A stretch of 64,000 nt of DNA from contig NW_024704772.1 of the NCBI RefSeq assembly GCF_018977255.1, forward strand, positions 682,001 through 746,000, given 5' to 3'. Position 1 is the stretch's first letter. Every line of letters starts with the position of its first letter. Of this stretch, positions 53,001-64,000 are shown piece by piece. Source of the DNA: Callorhinchus milii. Taxonomy: Eukaryota. The notes beneath the pieces were generated by a model. The model saw only the letters and a list, made by a program, of their open reading frames with translations. It was not told the DNA's origin and ran no database searches. The position numbers and the translations under genes were made by a program.

Positions 53001-53483
53001 AGTTACTCGGCCAACGACTTTCGTTTCTGGTCCTTCTCCAAAAGGCCGCGTTCCAACCCCGAGGAGGCTGAGCGTTGGTTCAGACAAGCCAAGTGCGACC
53101 TCATCGCAGCCTCCAACGACCTGGGCTGCACCGACCTGGGCTGTACGGCCACCGAATGGTTCTATTTCAAGGTCCACCAGGCGGTAGAGAAAGCCCTGAT
53201 TGCCGCGGAGTACATGAAATCGGGCAAGTCAGGCTGTGACCACAGCATTAAGTCCCTGGCCACCCAAGTGTCTGGGTTCAGCACTAAGCTGGCAGACCTG
53301 GAGAACCTGGTCAACAAGCTGAAGGAACGTGGTGTGGACAGTAAGAAGACCCAGTATCCGAGCTACCACACCCAGCCACACGTCCCAAACGATCAGTTCA
53401 AGGCGGGTAACGAAGAAGAGGTCCTTAACTTAGCGCAAATGGTGTTGGGTAAAATCGAGGAGTACATCTCCAATAAATCGTAG
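38073..53483 (+). CDS. Sacsin-like protein (SACS paralog), ~4334 aa (exons 38073-38140, 38490-38577, 39174-39285, 39651-39797, 40238-41705, 41897-41982, 42448-53483)
   Basis: Seven exons join in frame (13005 nt). Three sacsin repeat regions with HSP90-like ATPase motifs: [45 protein letters not shown] (~44664) and ELIQNADDA (~47685), each followed by GxFGLGFN-type and LPVHVN motifs. DnaJ J-domain [13 protein letters not shown] (HPD 52779-52787) and a C-terminal HEPN domain ([13 protein letters not shown]...[11 protein letters not shown]). ATTAAA at 53526. Confidence 0.93.
38592..38999 (-). mobile_element. Full-length tRNA-derived SINE, long subfamily
   Basis: tRNA-like head at the right end (accactgagctacaggactcc), internal (CA)n, cagcagtgagtaggaacccagttgttagtcgattggcgga core and Deu-like tail. 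Dozens of full or partial copies occur throughout the window, e.g. 6483, 9380-9665, 10285, 15230-15790, 37080-37330. Confidence 0.85.
39308..39612 (+). mobile_element. tRNA-derived SINE, 3'-truncated
   Basis: ggagtcctgtagctcagtggttagagtactcgcctcgcgagcgagagggcctgggtttgattccc head plus the family core. Confidence 0.8.
42448..53483 (+). CDS. Giant terminal coding exon (11,036 nt) of the sacsin-like gene
   Basis: Uninterrupted ORF (3683 aa in the ORF track) with acceptor cttgcag at 42441-42447. A giant last exon is characteristic of sacsin genes. Confidence 0.95.
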
Positions 53484-55353
53484 TGCCCTCCGTGTTGACG
53501 TTAATCAATCCTGTTTACGGTGAAAATTAAAGCTGATACGACCTTTTAGCCTCCAGGATATTGCTTTCAAACCCGTGTCTGTCCGCAGGAATCAGCTGTT
53601 GTCCTAATCAGTTGCTCGAACACCTTTTGTCTATTTCCCGTGTTCGGGCCACAAAAACACACAGTCCAGTCACTTTACGTGAAGCACTTTGAGACGTCTC
53701 GCAGACGTGATGGAGCTCTGGGTCACGTGCCAGGATTATTATTACCTTCACAATGCCAGGTTAACGCACATCCCTCAACTCCTCCGACTTGTGTTATTGC
53801 GTGACCCGTGTTTCAGAGAAAGGAGGTCAATCCAGTCAGGTCTGCAGCAACTGGTACAGGAACCTTCTCCTGTGACCGCCACTGAGTCAGAAGGTTGTGG
53901 GGTTCAAGGACATGGAATCACACAGTATAAGCTGAGGCTCTGATGCAGCGCTGGGTGGGGGGGGGGGGTTTGGGGGTGGGTTGTTGGGTTGGGGTGGGGT
54001 GGGGGTTGCATTGTCAGAGGCCCATCAAACCTCTTTCACTCCCCTCCCCGTCCGCCTGTTCAGGTGGACCTTAAAGATCTCTCCCACAGCTCCGTGGGGA
54101 AAGAGTAGGGAGTTTTTCTCCCACTCTCTCTCTCTCTCTCTCTCGCTCCCACCCAATGTCTTGGCCAACAATCCCCCAAATAAAAAATTGGTCGCTCACT
54201 TCACGGGCTGTTTGTGGGGACGCTGTTGGGCACAAATTGGCTGCCACGTTTCGCCCACACGACGCACCGTCACTACACTTTACAGTATATCCTGGGAGGG
54301 CTTTGAGACGTCTCGATAACCTGATCAGGTACTGCAACAACAATAACAAGATTACGTTTGTATATAGCGCCTTTCACGTCGGGAAATTAACTACATCAAA
54401 TGCAAGGATTATTATTATAGCAAACAAGGATTATTATTATTATTATATCAAACAACGATTATTATTATATCAAACAACGATTATTGTTATTACATCAAAC
54501 AACGATTATTATTATTCATTACTCTGAATGTGTGTGTGTGTGACAGAGAAAGAGTTGTGTGTGTGTGAGAGAGCGATAAGAGTTTGTGTGTGTGGGAGTT
54601 GTGTGTGTGAGAGTTTGTAGGTGTCTGTGAGTGAGTTGTGTGTGTGTGTGTGTGTGGGGGGGGGGGGGGGAGTGGGGGGGGAAGGGGAAGAGGTGTGTGT
54701 AAATGTGTGTGCAAATACATGTGTGAAAGTGTGAGTCTAATTTATTTCAGTAAAATGAACCCCTGATTCGAGTGTAAGAGACCTGGTCTCCTGCACCAGG
54801 TCAGTGAAGGGGGAGAGAACACAGGGAGTGGAGGCTTCAGTGAAGGGGTTTACTGCAGAGACAGTGACAGGTTATTAGTTTTATTAATAGTATTATTATT
54901 AATATCACCTCTTCCCACGTCAGGAGTTGGTAACAGCTGGTGCTCAATGTAATGTCCCTCGTAACATCCACTCCTTTGTTCGCAAACAGACCCTCTCCCT
55001 CCCTCCCTCCCTCCCTCTGTGTCTGTCTCTGTCTCTCTCTCTCTCTGTGTCTGTCTCACATCACATTAATTTACTTATTAACTTCCATCCACTGAGCTCC
55101 TGAGGGAGTTTTTTTTTCAAATAAAAAAACAATGAGAGTTTTCATTGAAGAGAGAGAGAGGAGAGGAGAGAATTAAAATACCAACCCCCCCCCCTCACCC
55201 CACCCCACTTTTTCTTTAATGTATTTATATTATCAAAAGGGAAATATATTTTAAATGTAGAGGTCATTATTTTTAACGTCGGTTTCAAGCCAAGAGTTTG
55301 CGAGAGAGAGAGAGAGAGAGACACAGAGAGACAGAGAGACAGACTGCACAACC

Positions 55354-55485
55354 ATGAGAAAATAGTGAGTAACTAACGTTCAATGTTGTTCCCAATCTCT
55401 GGTATTTTGGGGGTTGGGGTGGGGTGGGGGGGGGGGGTCAAAAGCTGGGAACTTTGCTCTGAATAAGGTGACTTAATGCTCTCAC

Positions 55486-55521
<36 letters not shown>

Positions 55522-57107
55522 TAATAATCCTTGCATTCGAGGCAAGCGAGAGGACCCGGGTTCAATTCCCGACAAGAACAACTGATATTTGCTCGAGCGC
55601 CTTTCACGTCGGGAGGACGTCCAGAGTCACGGGAACGACTGTCGGGCTTCGATGCCGCGATCGGGCGCGACGTGAATCGCGACGGTTGTGAGGTTTACAG
55701 TCTTTGCTTGCGGTTTTGTTTTGGAAGCACTGAGCTGCTGTTGCTGAACTTCCCCTCCTACCTGTTCTATAACCTGCTGGAGGATATCGGGGCTCTGGCC
55801 AACGCCTACGTTGGGGAACTCCAGCACAGGCTCTTCAGCGGAGATTACCAGCTCTTCAAACACGCTCCAGTCTTCGAAAGCAACTTCATCCAGGTCTGTT
55901 CCTAACCCCCCCCTTTTCCGCGTGTGTGTGCGGGCGTGTGCGTGTGTGTGTGTGCGCGTGCGTGTAGGGGGATGGGGGGAAAGGAGAGGGGCACGAGTGT
56001 GGTTCGAAACACTCCCCATCTTTCTAGTTATTAACAACAACACGAGTAATCCTTGCATTTGGAGTCCGAACACTTTACAGTGAAATTCTGTGAAGCGGTT
56101 TGAGACGTCTGGAAGACCTGAGAAGGCGCTGCACCAAATGCCGGGAGTATTATTATTATTATTAATGTTACCATCACTTCTCACCTGTGTTTGCAGATCA
56201 CTAAGAAAGGACATGTCAGTAACATCCATCACCGAGTTACAATGGTGACGATTGGGATCACCTCCACAGACCCCACGCTCTACCTCCCCGATGTTTTGCT
56301 GATCGCTAAACCCAGCGAACTGCAGATGCAGCTGCAACTCCAGATGTTCAAGAGGAAAATGATGGAGCCCTTAAATTCCAGCAACTGGGTCTCTGCTGAC
56401 AACTACGCTCCCTTAGAGCTGCTCAGGTGAGGAAACTAATAATAATAATATATAATAATAATAATAATCCTTGCATTTGATATAGCGCTTTTCACGTCTT
56501 CTCGACGTCTCAAACTACCCGATTGATTCCCTGTCGATCGGTTACCAGGCAATTTCAGGTTGTATTTTACTAAATAATAATTAATAATAATGCTTGGCAT
56601 TGTTACGCCGCCTCGTCTCGTCGGCGAGACGTCTCAAAGCGCTTCACAGGATACAGTTACGCCCAGCGACGTCCCCATGAACAGTCGTGGGTTGAGTGAC
56701 CAAATTATTATAATTTTTTTTAGGGGGGGGGAGGTGGTTGGGGGGGGGGGGTGGGGAAGAGAGGGATTATTACCACCGGATCCGCCAATCGACTAACAAG
56801 CGGGTTCCTGCTTACTGCTGGGTACGTAGAGGCGTAATTGGTTGTTATTCGCGAGGACGTGATAAGGCACAATATTAAATGCAAGGATTATTATTATTAT
56901 TATTATTATTATTTTTTGCCTCTGGTTCCCAGGCTCTTCCCTCTCAAACTGACTAAGATTTCCATCTATGACGAGAAGAAACACAGGCTGCGACTGAAGT
57001 TGGCCACACACCAGTCCTTCTACCTCCAGCTCATCGATGCCTGCCCTAAGTTTGAGGAGCGTATGTTCCAGCAGTGGGTCAAACTGCTCCATCGTATCTA
57101 CACCTAG
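55354..57107 (+). CDS. FAM71/GARIN (Golgi-associated RAB2 interactor, DUF3699)-like protein 1, ~193 aa (exons 55354-55364 tentative, 55728-55893, 56197-56426, 56933-57107)
   Basis: GELQHRLFSGDYQLFKHAPVFESNFIQ / ITKKGHVSNIHHRVTMVTIGITSTDPTLYLPDVLLIA...LELLR / LFPLKLTKISIYDEKKHRLRLKLATHQSFYLQL...FQQWVKLLHRIYT* are FAM71 hallmark blocks. An 11-nt first coding exon (acc ATG aga aaa ta|gtgagt) supplies a start codon in the right phase. Confidence 0.85.
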
Positions 57108-58332
57108 CGAGCGGAGGGTGTGTGTGTGTGTGTGTGCGCGCGGGTGTTTGTGTGTGTGTACGTCATACAGTGTCTCCAGAGGCTGGGAAACCAATACAGA
57201 CAGTTATCACAAATCGTGCGCTTGACTGAATCAAGCGAGTGTCATCCCAACACATTGCCTTCCCGAATCAATGTCTCTCTTCGCTGCTGTGCACACACAG
57301 AAACACCCACACACTCACTCACACTACACACACTTACATATTCACACACGCTCACACTCACGCGCACACTCACATATTCAAACACTCACACGCGCACTCA
57401 TTCACGCACACGCACACTTACTGTCAGTATGACCACTCTTTTTCATACATGGCTTTCGAAGCTCACTCTGTCCAGGACAGACATTGGAGGACCATCAAAC
57501 CCAAAAATTGGATCCACTCAACAAACAAGTATTAAAAAAAGAAACTGATTTGCAACGCTGAGAATCCGCAGCTGTGAGGTCCACTGGTCAGGCTTTGGGG
57601 TCAAAACGGGTGTTGGGGTAGGGTGGGGCGAGGGGCTGAATAGTTGGGGGAACAGGCGAGTGGAGTTAGACCACGTGGGGAAGATTGGGAAAACCTCTTC
57701 CCCTAAAACTCTTGAATCAACAGGAAGAATAAGAATAAGAGTAACCCTTGTATTTGACACAGCCCCTTATCACGTCTTCGAAACGCCGCAAAGTGCTTCA
57801 CAGGATACACTGCAAAGTGGAGTGACTGTGTAATCTGTGGGCAAAACGCAGCAGCCAATTGCATACACCAGCGATCCCCACAAATAGTTATGGATTGAGT
57901 GACCGCATTTTTTTTTGGGGGGGGGAGGGGGGTGGAAAATACACAGTGAATTCCCTTTACAGTATATTCTATGAAGCGGGTCGAGATGTCTCTCACACGT
58001 GATAAGGGGCTGTGTCAAATGCAAGGATTAGTACAGTTATTATTAAGATTTAAGGCCGGAATTCTGCAATTGGACAAATTCTGGTCTGGAACGACATTTA
58101 TCTGACGCCCTTCGAGTAGATGAGAGTCTCGGAGAGCTCTCAACTCGATGCATTAAAGCAACAAATGTGGGTCCAGGTGGAATTTCACTCTCTCTCCCCC
58201 TCTCTCTTCTCCTCTGTCCTTTATTTAATCCCTATTCCCCCCCCTCCCACCTTCTCCCTCTGTCTTTTTTCTCTCTGGGTGAATAAAAAAAAACTATGGT
58301 TCCAAAATTACCTGCAATTGAGGAGACATCGA

Positions 58333-58607
58333 CACACCCACCCCCTGGGACACACACACACACACACCCCCTGGGACACACCCACACCCACCCCCTGGGA
58401 CACACACACACCCACCCCCTGGGACACACACACACACACAACCTGGGACACACACACACACACAACCTGGGACACACACACACAACCTGGGACACACACA
58501 CACACACACCCTGGGACACACACACACCCACCCCCTGGGACACACACACACACACCCCCTGGGACACACACACACCCACCCCCTGGGACACACACACACC
58601 CTGGGAC
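58333..58607. repeat. Minisatellite, ~22-bp unit CCCCCTGGGA(CA)n
   Basis: About 12 tandem cctggga-anchored units. Confidence 0.9.
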
Positions 58608-59344
58608 CCCCCCCTCTCCCCTAAGCCAATTACAAGGACGTGGTGGTGGAAGGTTGGAGGTGAATTAAAATAGTTAATGAGCTAAAAAAGCCATCAGATG
58701 TCTCCAAATGGATTGGAGACACTCATTCCCTCACAGGTGAAACCTTGGAGCAAAGTTGTTGGTGTGAAGTGGCCTCAGACACACAGAGCCCTCAGTCAAG
58801 CCTTGTGGGGGTTGGGTTGGGGTTGGGTTTGGGTGTTGGGTTGAGTCAGTGACTGGCGACGCTATGGGGCTTTGTGTGTGTGTGTGTGTGTGGGGTTGAT
58901 GTTGAGGGGGTGACGTGACGTGTTGTCTTTGGGTGTAAAAGCTCAACAATAATGAGTTTTTTTTATTGCAAGGCGTTTTATTATAAAAAATAAGAGGAAA
59001 TCTCAGCCAACGTTAGGTTACAACTCCAATATATTAAGCAAACATTGTGGAGGGAAACAGAAAGGGTGAGTCAGTGATTAAGTTGAATCTAACTTTGGAT
59101 TTATTGCTTAAATACGATTTTTTTTCTCTCCTTCCCCCCCTTATTATTATTATTATCCCCCCCCCCCCCCATCACTGTGCAGAAGCATGAGTTATTGTGA
59201 AGCTGTTTGCTCCTAAACATAATAATTAATAATAATAATTTGGTCACTCAATCCGTGACTGTTTGTGGGAAATTGGCAATCAATGTTTCAGGCATAGTTG
59301 GTGCCTCTCCAATTATCAGCTGTTCTGCAATGGGGGTGTTTAAT

Positions 59345-59736
59345 AATTATTATAATAATAATAATCCTTGCATTCGACTTAGTGTTTCATCACCCGGTCA
59401 GGATATTTCAAAGCGCTTCACAGAATATGCTGCAGAGTGCAGTGACTGTGTATTTTGTGGGCGAAACGCGGCAGCCAATTGCGCACAGCGATGTCCCCCA
59501 CAAACAGCCGTGGACTGAGGAGCAAATCTTTTTTTCTGGAGGGATTATTCCCCCCGGAAAGCGATCTGCCAATCAACTGACAACCGGGTTCCTACTCCCT
59601 GTCCAGGTGTGTGTGCGCGTGTTTGTCTGTGTGGAGTAAGGAAACTTGCCTAAGGTTTCGCTCTGACCCGCCCGGGAATCGAACCCGGGTCCTCTCGCTT
59701 GTGAGGTGAGGGCTCTAACCACTGAGCTACAGGACT
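59345..59736 (-). mobile_element. Full-length tRNA-derived SINE
   Basis: Same family as 38592-38999, with head, core and (ATT)n tail on the minus strand. Confidence 0.8.
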
Positions 59737-59766
59737 TCACAATTTCCCTCCTTCTCCCCTCCCCAC

Positions 59767-59948
59767 TTGCCTGGCTGGGCTGGGCTGGCTTGGCTTGGCT
59801 GGCCTGGCCTGGCTGGGCTGGCTTGACCTGGCTTGGCTTGGTTGGCTTGGCCTGGTTGGCTTGGCTTGGTTGGCCTGGTTTGGCTTGGTTGGCTTGGCTT
59901 GGTTTGGCTTGGTTGGGCTGGCCTGGCTTGGTTGGCTTGGCTTGGCTG
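59767..59948. repeat. GGCTT/GGCT/GGTT 4-5-mer tandem repeat
   Basis: Degenerate cttggctggcctggttgg array next to a SINE head. Confidence 0.9.
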
Positions 59949-60214
59949 AGCGATGGGGCGGGTGGTGAAGGCGGTTTGACTGAGTTGGTAGGTTAAGAAT
60001 TGCTAACAGTCGGTGATTGTGATGCAGTCAGTGCGGAGGTGAATGCAGCAGCAGGGAGTGAGCACATGGCTCGCCTCCCTGTAAAACATGTCTACCTCGG
60101 TGAACCCTTTCCATTGACCCCATTGCCTTTCCCCCTCTTCTGTGTGCCGGTCGGGTGCTTGGGCTTGCGTGGTGTGTGTTCACTTATGTGCCTCACACTC
60201 CAGGAACCGCCTAC

Positions 60215-63200
60215 ATGGATATCATGCGTTCCTACTTCTACCACACGCTCCTGGAGGAGGAGATTGGGGTCATGCCTGACCCGCTGGTGGGTGAGCTACA
60301 GAAACATCTCTATAATGGAGAGTACCTGCTATTTAAGCAGGCCCCCATCTTCGAGAGCGACTTCATACAGGTAAGAGACCGGCCCGAGACTCGCTCAATC
60401 GTCGTCACCCGTAATAACACCGCCGCGCCTTGCGTTTATGTCGTAATACGACAACACGTGACATTTACACGGCACCTCTCGCATCGGGAGGACGTCCCAA
60501 GGCGCTGGACAGTCAGGGATTTGGGTCCAAGTTGGGGGGGGGCCGGGCAGGCGGGCGGACGGACGGACGGACGGGGAGGGTGTGGGTGGTTGGGATCAGG
60601 AAGGGATGGAGGGCAGGGAGGGTGGTCGAAGGCGCAGTCGAAGAGCAGGGTCTTGACGTGTAAAAAAAATAATAATAATCCTTGCATTTGATATAGCGCC
60701 TCATCACGTCGTTGAGACGTCTCAAAGCGCTTCACAGGAATGTGCTGTAAAGCGCAGTGACTGTGTATTTTGTGGGTGAACGCGGCAGCCAATTGTCCCA
60801 CAAACAGTCGTGGGTTGAGTGGTCTTAATGGTAAAGTTTTGCCCCGGAATACAACAGATAACTGGTTGGCAAACCTCTCCTCCCTCACAGATAATTACTG
60901 TTAATAACGATAATAATAATAATAATCCTGACATTTGATATAGCGCCGATTAAAAAAAAAAACATTCTCACAGGACATACTATATATAACCTCTAATCAC
61001 AGATAACCAGTTGCTAACCCTCTCTCCTGACAGATAACCCGCACCGGTCAGGTGGTGAACATCCATCACCAGGTGACCATTGTAACCATCGGCCTGACCT
61101 GCACGGACCCTGACCTGCAGTTGCCGGACGTCATGTTGCTGGCCCGGCCCGGGGAGAGGGACGGCAAGTCCTGGAGCCCGGCCGGCCACCGCGTCTCGTC
61201 CTCCTTCAGCTCCGTGGCCCACCTCCCCCCCTCCGAGCCCTCGTCCTGGTCGGCCACCCCCTCGCTGGCCCGCTCCGAGTCCGGCACCGCCCCCCGCCCC
61301 CGGGGCTCCAACCGATCCCACCAGGGCCTGGGCCTCGTCCAGCGGCCTCTCCCCCGCGGGCACCTGGAGCTCACCAGGTGAGGGCTGCTCTGTCTCTCTC
61401 CCTCTCCGTCCGTCACTCTCTCCATCACTCTCTCTCTCGCTCCCTCTCTCTGTCACTCTCACTCTGTCACTCTCTCTCCGTCACTCTCTCTCCCCGTCAC
61501 TCTCTCTCAGTCACTCTCTCTCTCTCCGTCTCTCTCCCTCTCGCCGTCACTCTCTCTCTCTCCTTCACTCTCTCTCTGCTTCACTCTCTCTCTCCCTCTC
61601 TCCGTCACTCTCTCTCTCTTTCTCTCGCTGTCTTTTGGGAGGTTCCAATGGAACAGGAGGCAGTGTTTGATGAATCGCTACGGTTACATGACCCACATCA
61701 GAAGAGGGGCTTTGGGGTGAAGACCCCCCCACCTCCCCCCCACCCCCCCATCTCGCTCGACCCATTGATTGTCTCTCATTTGCATCGCTCAGCTCTTACA
61801 GTCAAACCCGTCTGTGTGCTGAGATGGCTGTGGGTTTACACTGGGCAAAGGGGGGTGGGGGGCGTGAAAGGGTGAGAGGGGGGTGGGGGCCGTGAAGAGA
61901 GTGTGAGGGTGTGGGGGCGGTGGGGAGAAGGGGAGGAAAGAAGGTCCCAGGCGGAGGGGTTGAGGGGGGGCGGTGTGTGTGTATGTGTGGGTGGGTTGGG
62001 TGGGGGGTGCATTGTGACCACTGACCTGTCCCCTCTCTCTCTCTCTCTCGTTGCCCGCAGTTTGCTGCCCCTGAAGCTGGTGAAGATTTCCGTCCATCAC
62101 AAGCAGAAGCGGAGGCTGAGGGTCAACCTGGCCAGTGGCCGCATTTTCTACCTGCAGCTGTACGTCCACCCGGACTGCGAGCAGAGGGTCTTCGACCAGT
62201 GGGTGAAGCTGGTGCACCTGCTCCAACAGGCCGGGGACGCAGACTTCTCCGAGGGCACCCTGCCCACCGACACCGAGGAGAGCCCCCACTCACTCACCTC
62301 GGGATTCGAGGGGCACCACCAGCCCAGGCTGCGCCCTCGCTCCAGGACCTCAACCCTGGCTTCGGTGAGAGACTCCGAGACTGTCACAGAGACAGACAGA
62401 CAGACAGACACACAGACAGACACACACACACAGACACACACACACAGACAGACACACAGACAGACACACACGCGACTGTGTGTGTGTGTGTGGAGTAAGA
62501 AACTTGTCTAAGGTTTGGCCCTGACCTGACCCGCCCGGGAATCGTACCCAGATCCCGTGGCTTGCGAGGCGAGGGGTCTAACCCCCTGAGCCACAGGGAC
62601 AGTTACTTCGNNNNNNNNNNNNNNNNNNNNNNNNNNNNNNNNNNNNNNNNNNNNNNNNNNNNNNNNNNNNNNNNNNNNNNNNNNNNNNNNNNNNNNNNNN
62701 NNNNNNNNNNNNNNNNNNNNNNNNNNNNNNNNNNNNNNNNNNNNNNNNNNNNNNNNNNNNNNNNNNNNNNNNNNNNNNNNNNNNNNNNNNNNNNNNNNNN
62801 NNNNNNNNNNNNNNNNNNNNNNNNNNNNNNNNNNNNNNNNNNNNNNNNNNNNNNNNNNNNNNNNNNNNNNNNNNNNNNNNNNNNNNNNNNNNNNNNNNNN
62901 NNNNNNNNNNNNNNNNNNNNNNNNNNNNNNNNNNNNNNNNNNNNNNNNNNNNNNNNNNNNNNNNNNNNNNNNNNNNNNNNNNNNNNNNNNNNNNNNNNNN
63001 NNNNNNNNNNNNNNNNNNNNNNNNNNNNNNNNNNNNNNNNNNNNNNNNNNNNNNNNNNGGAGGTGCACGAGATGGCGATGACAGACAAAGGGGCTCAGAT
63101 CAAGGAGTTCTGGGGCTGGAAATACGATCAGGAGCGGAGCCGGGAGAACGCGATTCCCGAGAAGAGCGTTCCGGAGACCCGCAGCGGTGAGCGCCCGCCC

Positions 63201-64000
63201 CCACCTCAGGGAATACGCAGCCCCCTCGCCACCTGCCCGTGCTTTGGGGGGGGGGGGGCACACGTCTCTGGGTTTAAGCCTCCAGGTCGAGACTCGGAAT
63301 CACATCCCTCCAATGCAGCGCTGGTGGTGGGGGTGGGAGGGTTGGGGGCGGTGGGGGGGCAGTGGGTAGGAGGGGGGGTGTTGTATTGTATTGTCGGAGG
63401 CTCCATCCTTCGGGTCAGACGTTAAACCTCACTCACTCCCCTCCCCGGCCGCCCGTTCAGGTGGACGGTAAAGATCTCTCCCGCGGCTCTGTTCGAAGAG
63501 GAGTTTCTCTCCCTCTCCCCCCCAACATCCCCCCCCCCCACCCCCCAAAAATAAAATCGGTGTCTGGCTCCACGGCTGTTTGTGGGGGGACGCTGCTGGG
63601 CGCGATTGCAACTGCCCCCCCCCCACAAAATACCCAGTCACTGCACCTTACAGTCTCTCCCGCAAAGCGCTTTGAGACGTCTCAACGACGTGATGTCAAA
63701 TGCCAGGCTTTAAGTGTGTGTTTTCTCCCCCTCCCACCCCCACCCTCTCCCCCTCCCTCACTCCCCCCCCACCCCCCCCCACCCCCAGCAGGGACAGACA
63801 TCAGCAGCGTGTCCGTGAGCTGTGGGGGCTGCCTGAAGAGAGACAAGGGCCGGAAACCGTGTACCTGTGGACGCCGCAGGAGAAAGTCCGCGCATTGCTG
63901 CACGGCTGAAGCCTGCGACTCAGCTGCTAATCTCCCCCCGGACGGGAGCCAGCGACGCGGCAAGAGCGAGGGAGGGGAGCCCGGCAAGCGAGGCGGGGGG
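60215..64000 (+). CDS. FAM71/GARIN-like protein 2, incomplete (exons 60204/60215-60370, 61034-61377, 62061-62364, gap, ~63059-63186, ~63792 to window end)
   Basis: GELQKHLYNGEYLLFKQAPIFESDFIQ / ITRTGQVVNIHHQVTIVTIGLTCTDPDLQLPDVMLLARP...HLELT / LLPLKLVKISVHHKQKRRLRVNLASGRIFYLQL...FDQWVKLVHLL. The exons after the N-gap are inferred from splice sites and open frame only. Confidence 0.82.

Noticed and set aside
40327-53177. Many antisense ORFs of 100-340 aa over the sacsin-like exons
   Set aside because: Shadow ORFs expected from the codon bias of the sense frame.
58333-58607. Regularly spaced CCTGGGA repeats resembling a CRISPR array
   Set aside because: Spacers are (CA)n rather than unique, the context is eukaryotic and there are no cas genes; a simple minisatellite.
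59706-59996. Hydrophobic LAWLGW-repeat ORF resembling a membrane peptide
   Set aside because: Translation of a GGCTT-type tandem repeat starting inside a SINE.

Overview
Vertebrate genomic DNA with multi-exon genes, dense SINE/LINE and microsatellite content, and five N-gaps. The repeat landscape suggests a cartilaginous fish (chimaera/elephant-shark-like); that is an inference. I assembled seven spliced genes by hand from GT-AG boundaries, reading phase and protein motifs. In order: bax (5'-partial, +), cytidine deaminase (-), a second and very unusual Bax-family gene (+), bcat2 (-), a ~4334-aa sacsin-like gene (+), and two tandem FAM71/GARIN-like genes (+, the second incomplete). The standout is the second Bax-family gene (14498-17312). 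It is an intact ~284-aa ORF with Bax exon structure and intron phases. It carries two N-terminal C-P-L-C-x11-H-x3-C (UBZ4/RAD18-like) zinc fingers, has lost both the BH3 Asp and the BH1 NWGR motif, and keeps BH2 and a C-terminal transmembrane anchor. It is a candidate membrane-anchored, ubiquitin-sensing Bcl-2-fold protein made by duplication and exon shuffling. A dead partial copy of the zinc-finger exon lies just upstream. Most short six-frame ORFs are repeat or low-complexity artefacts.
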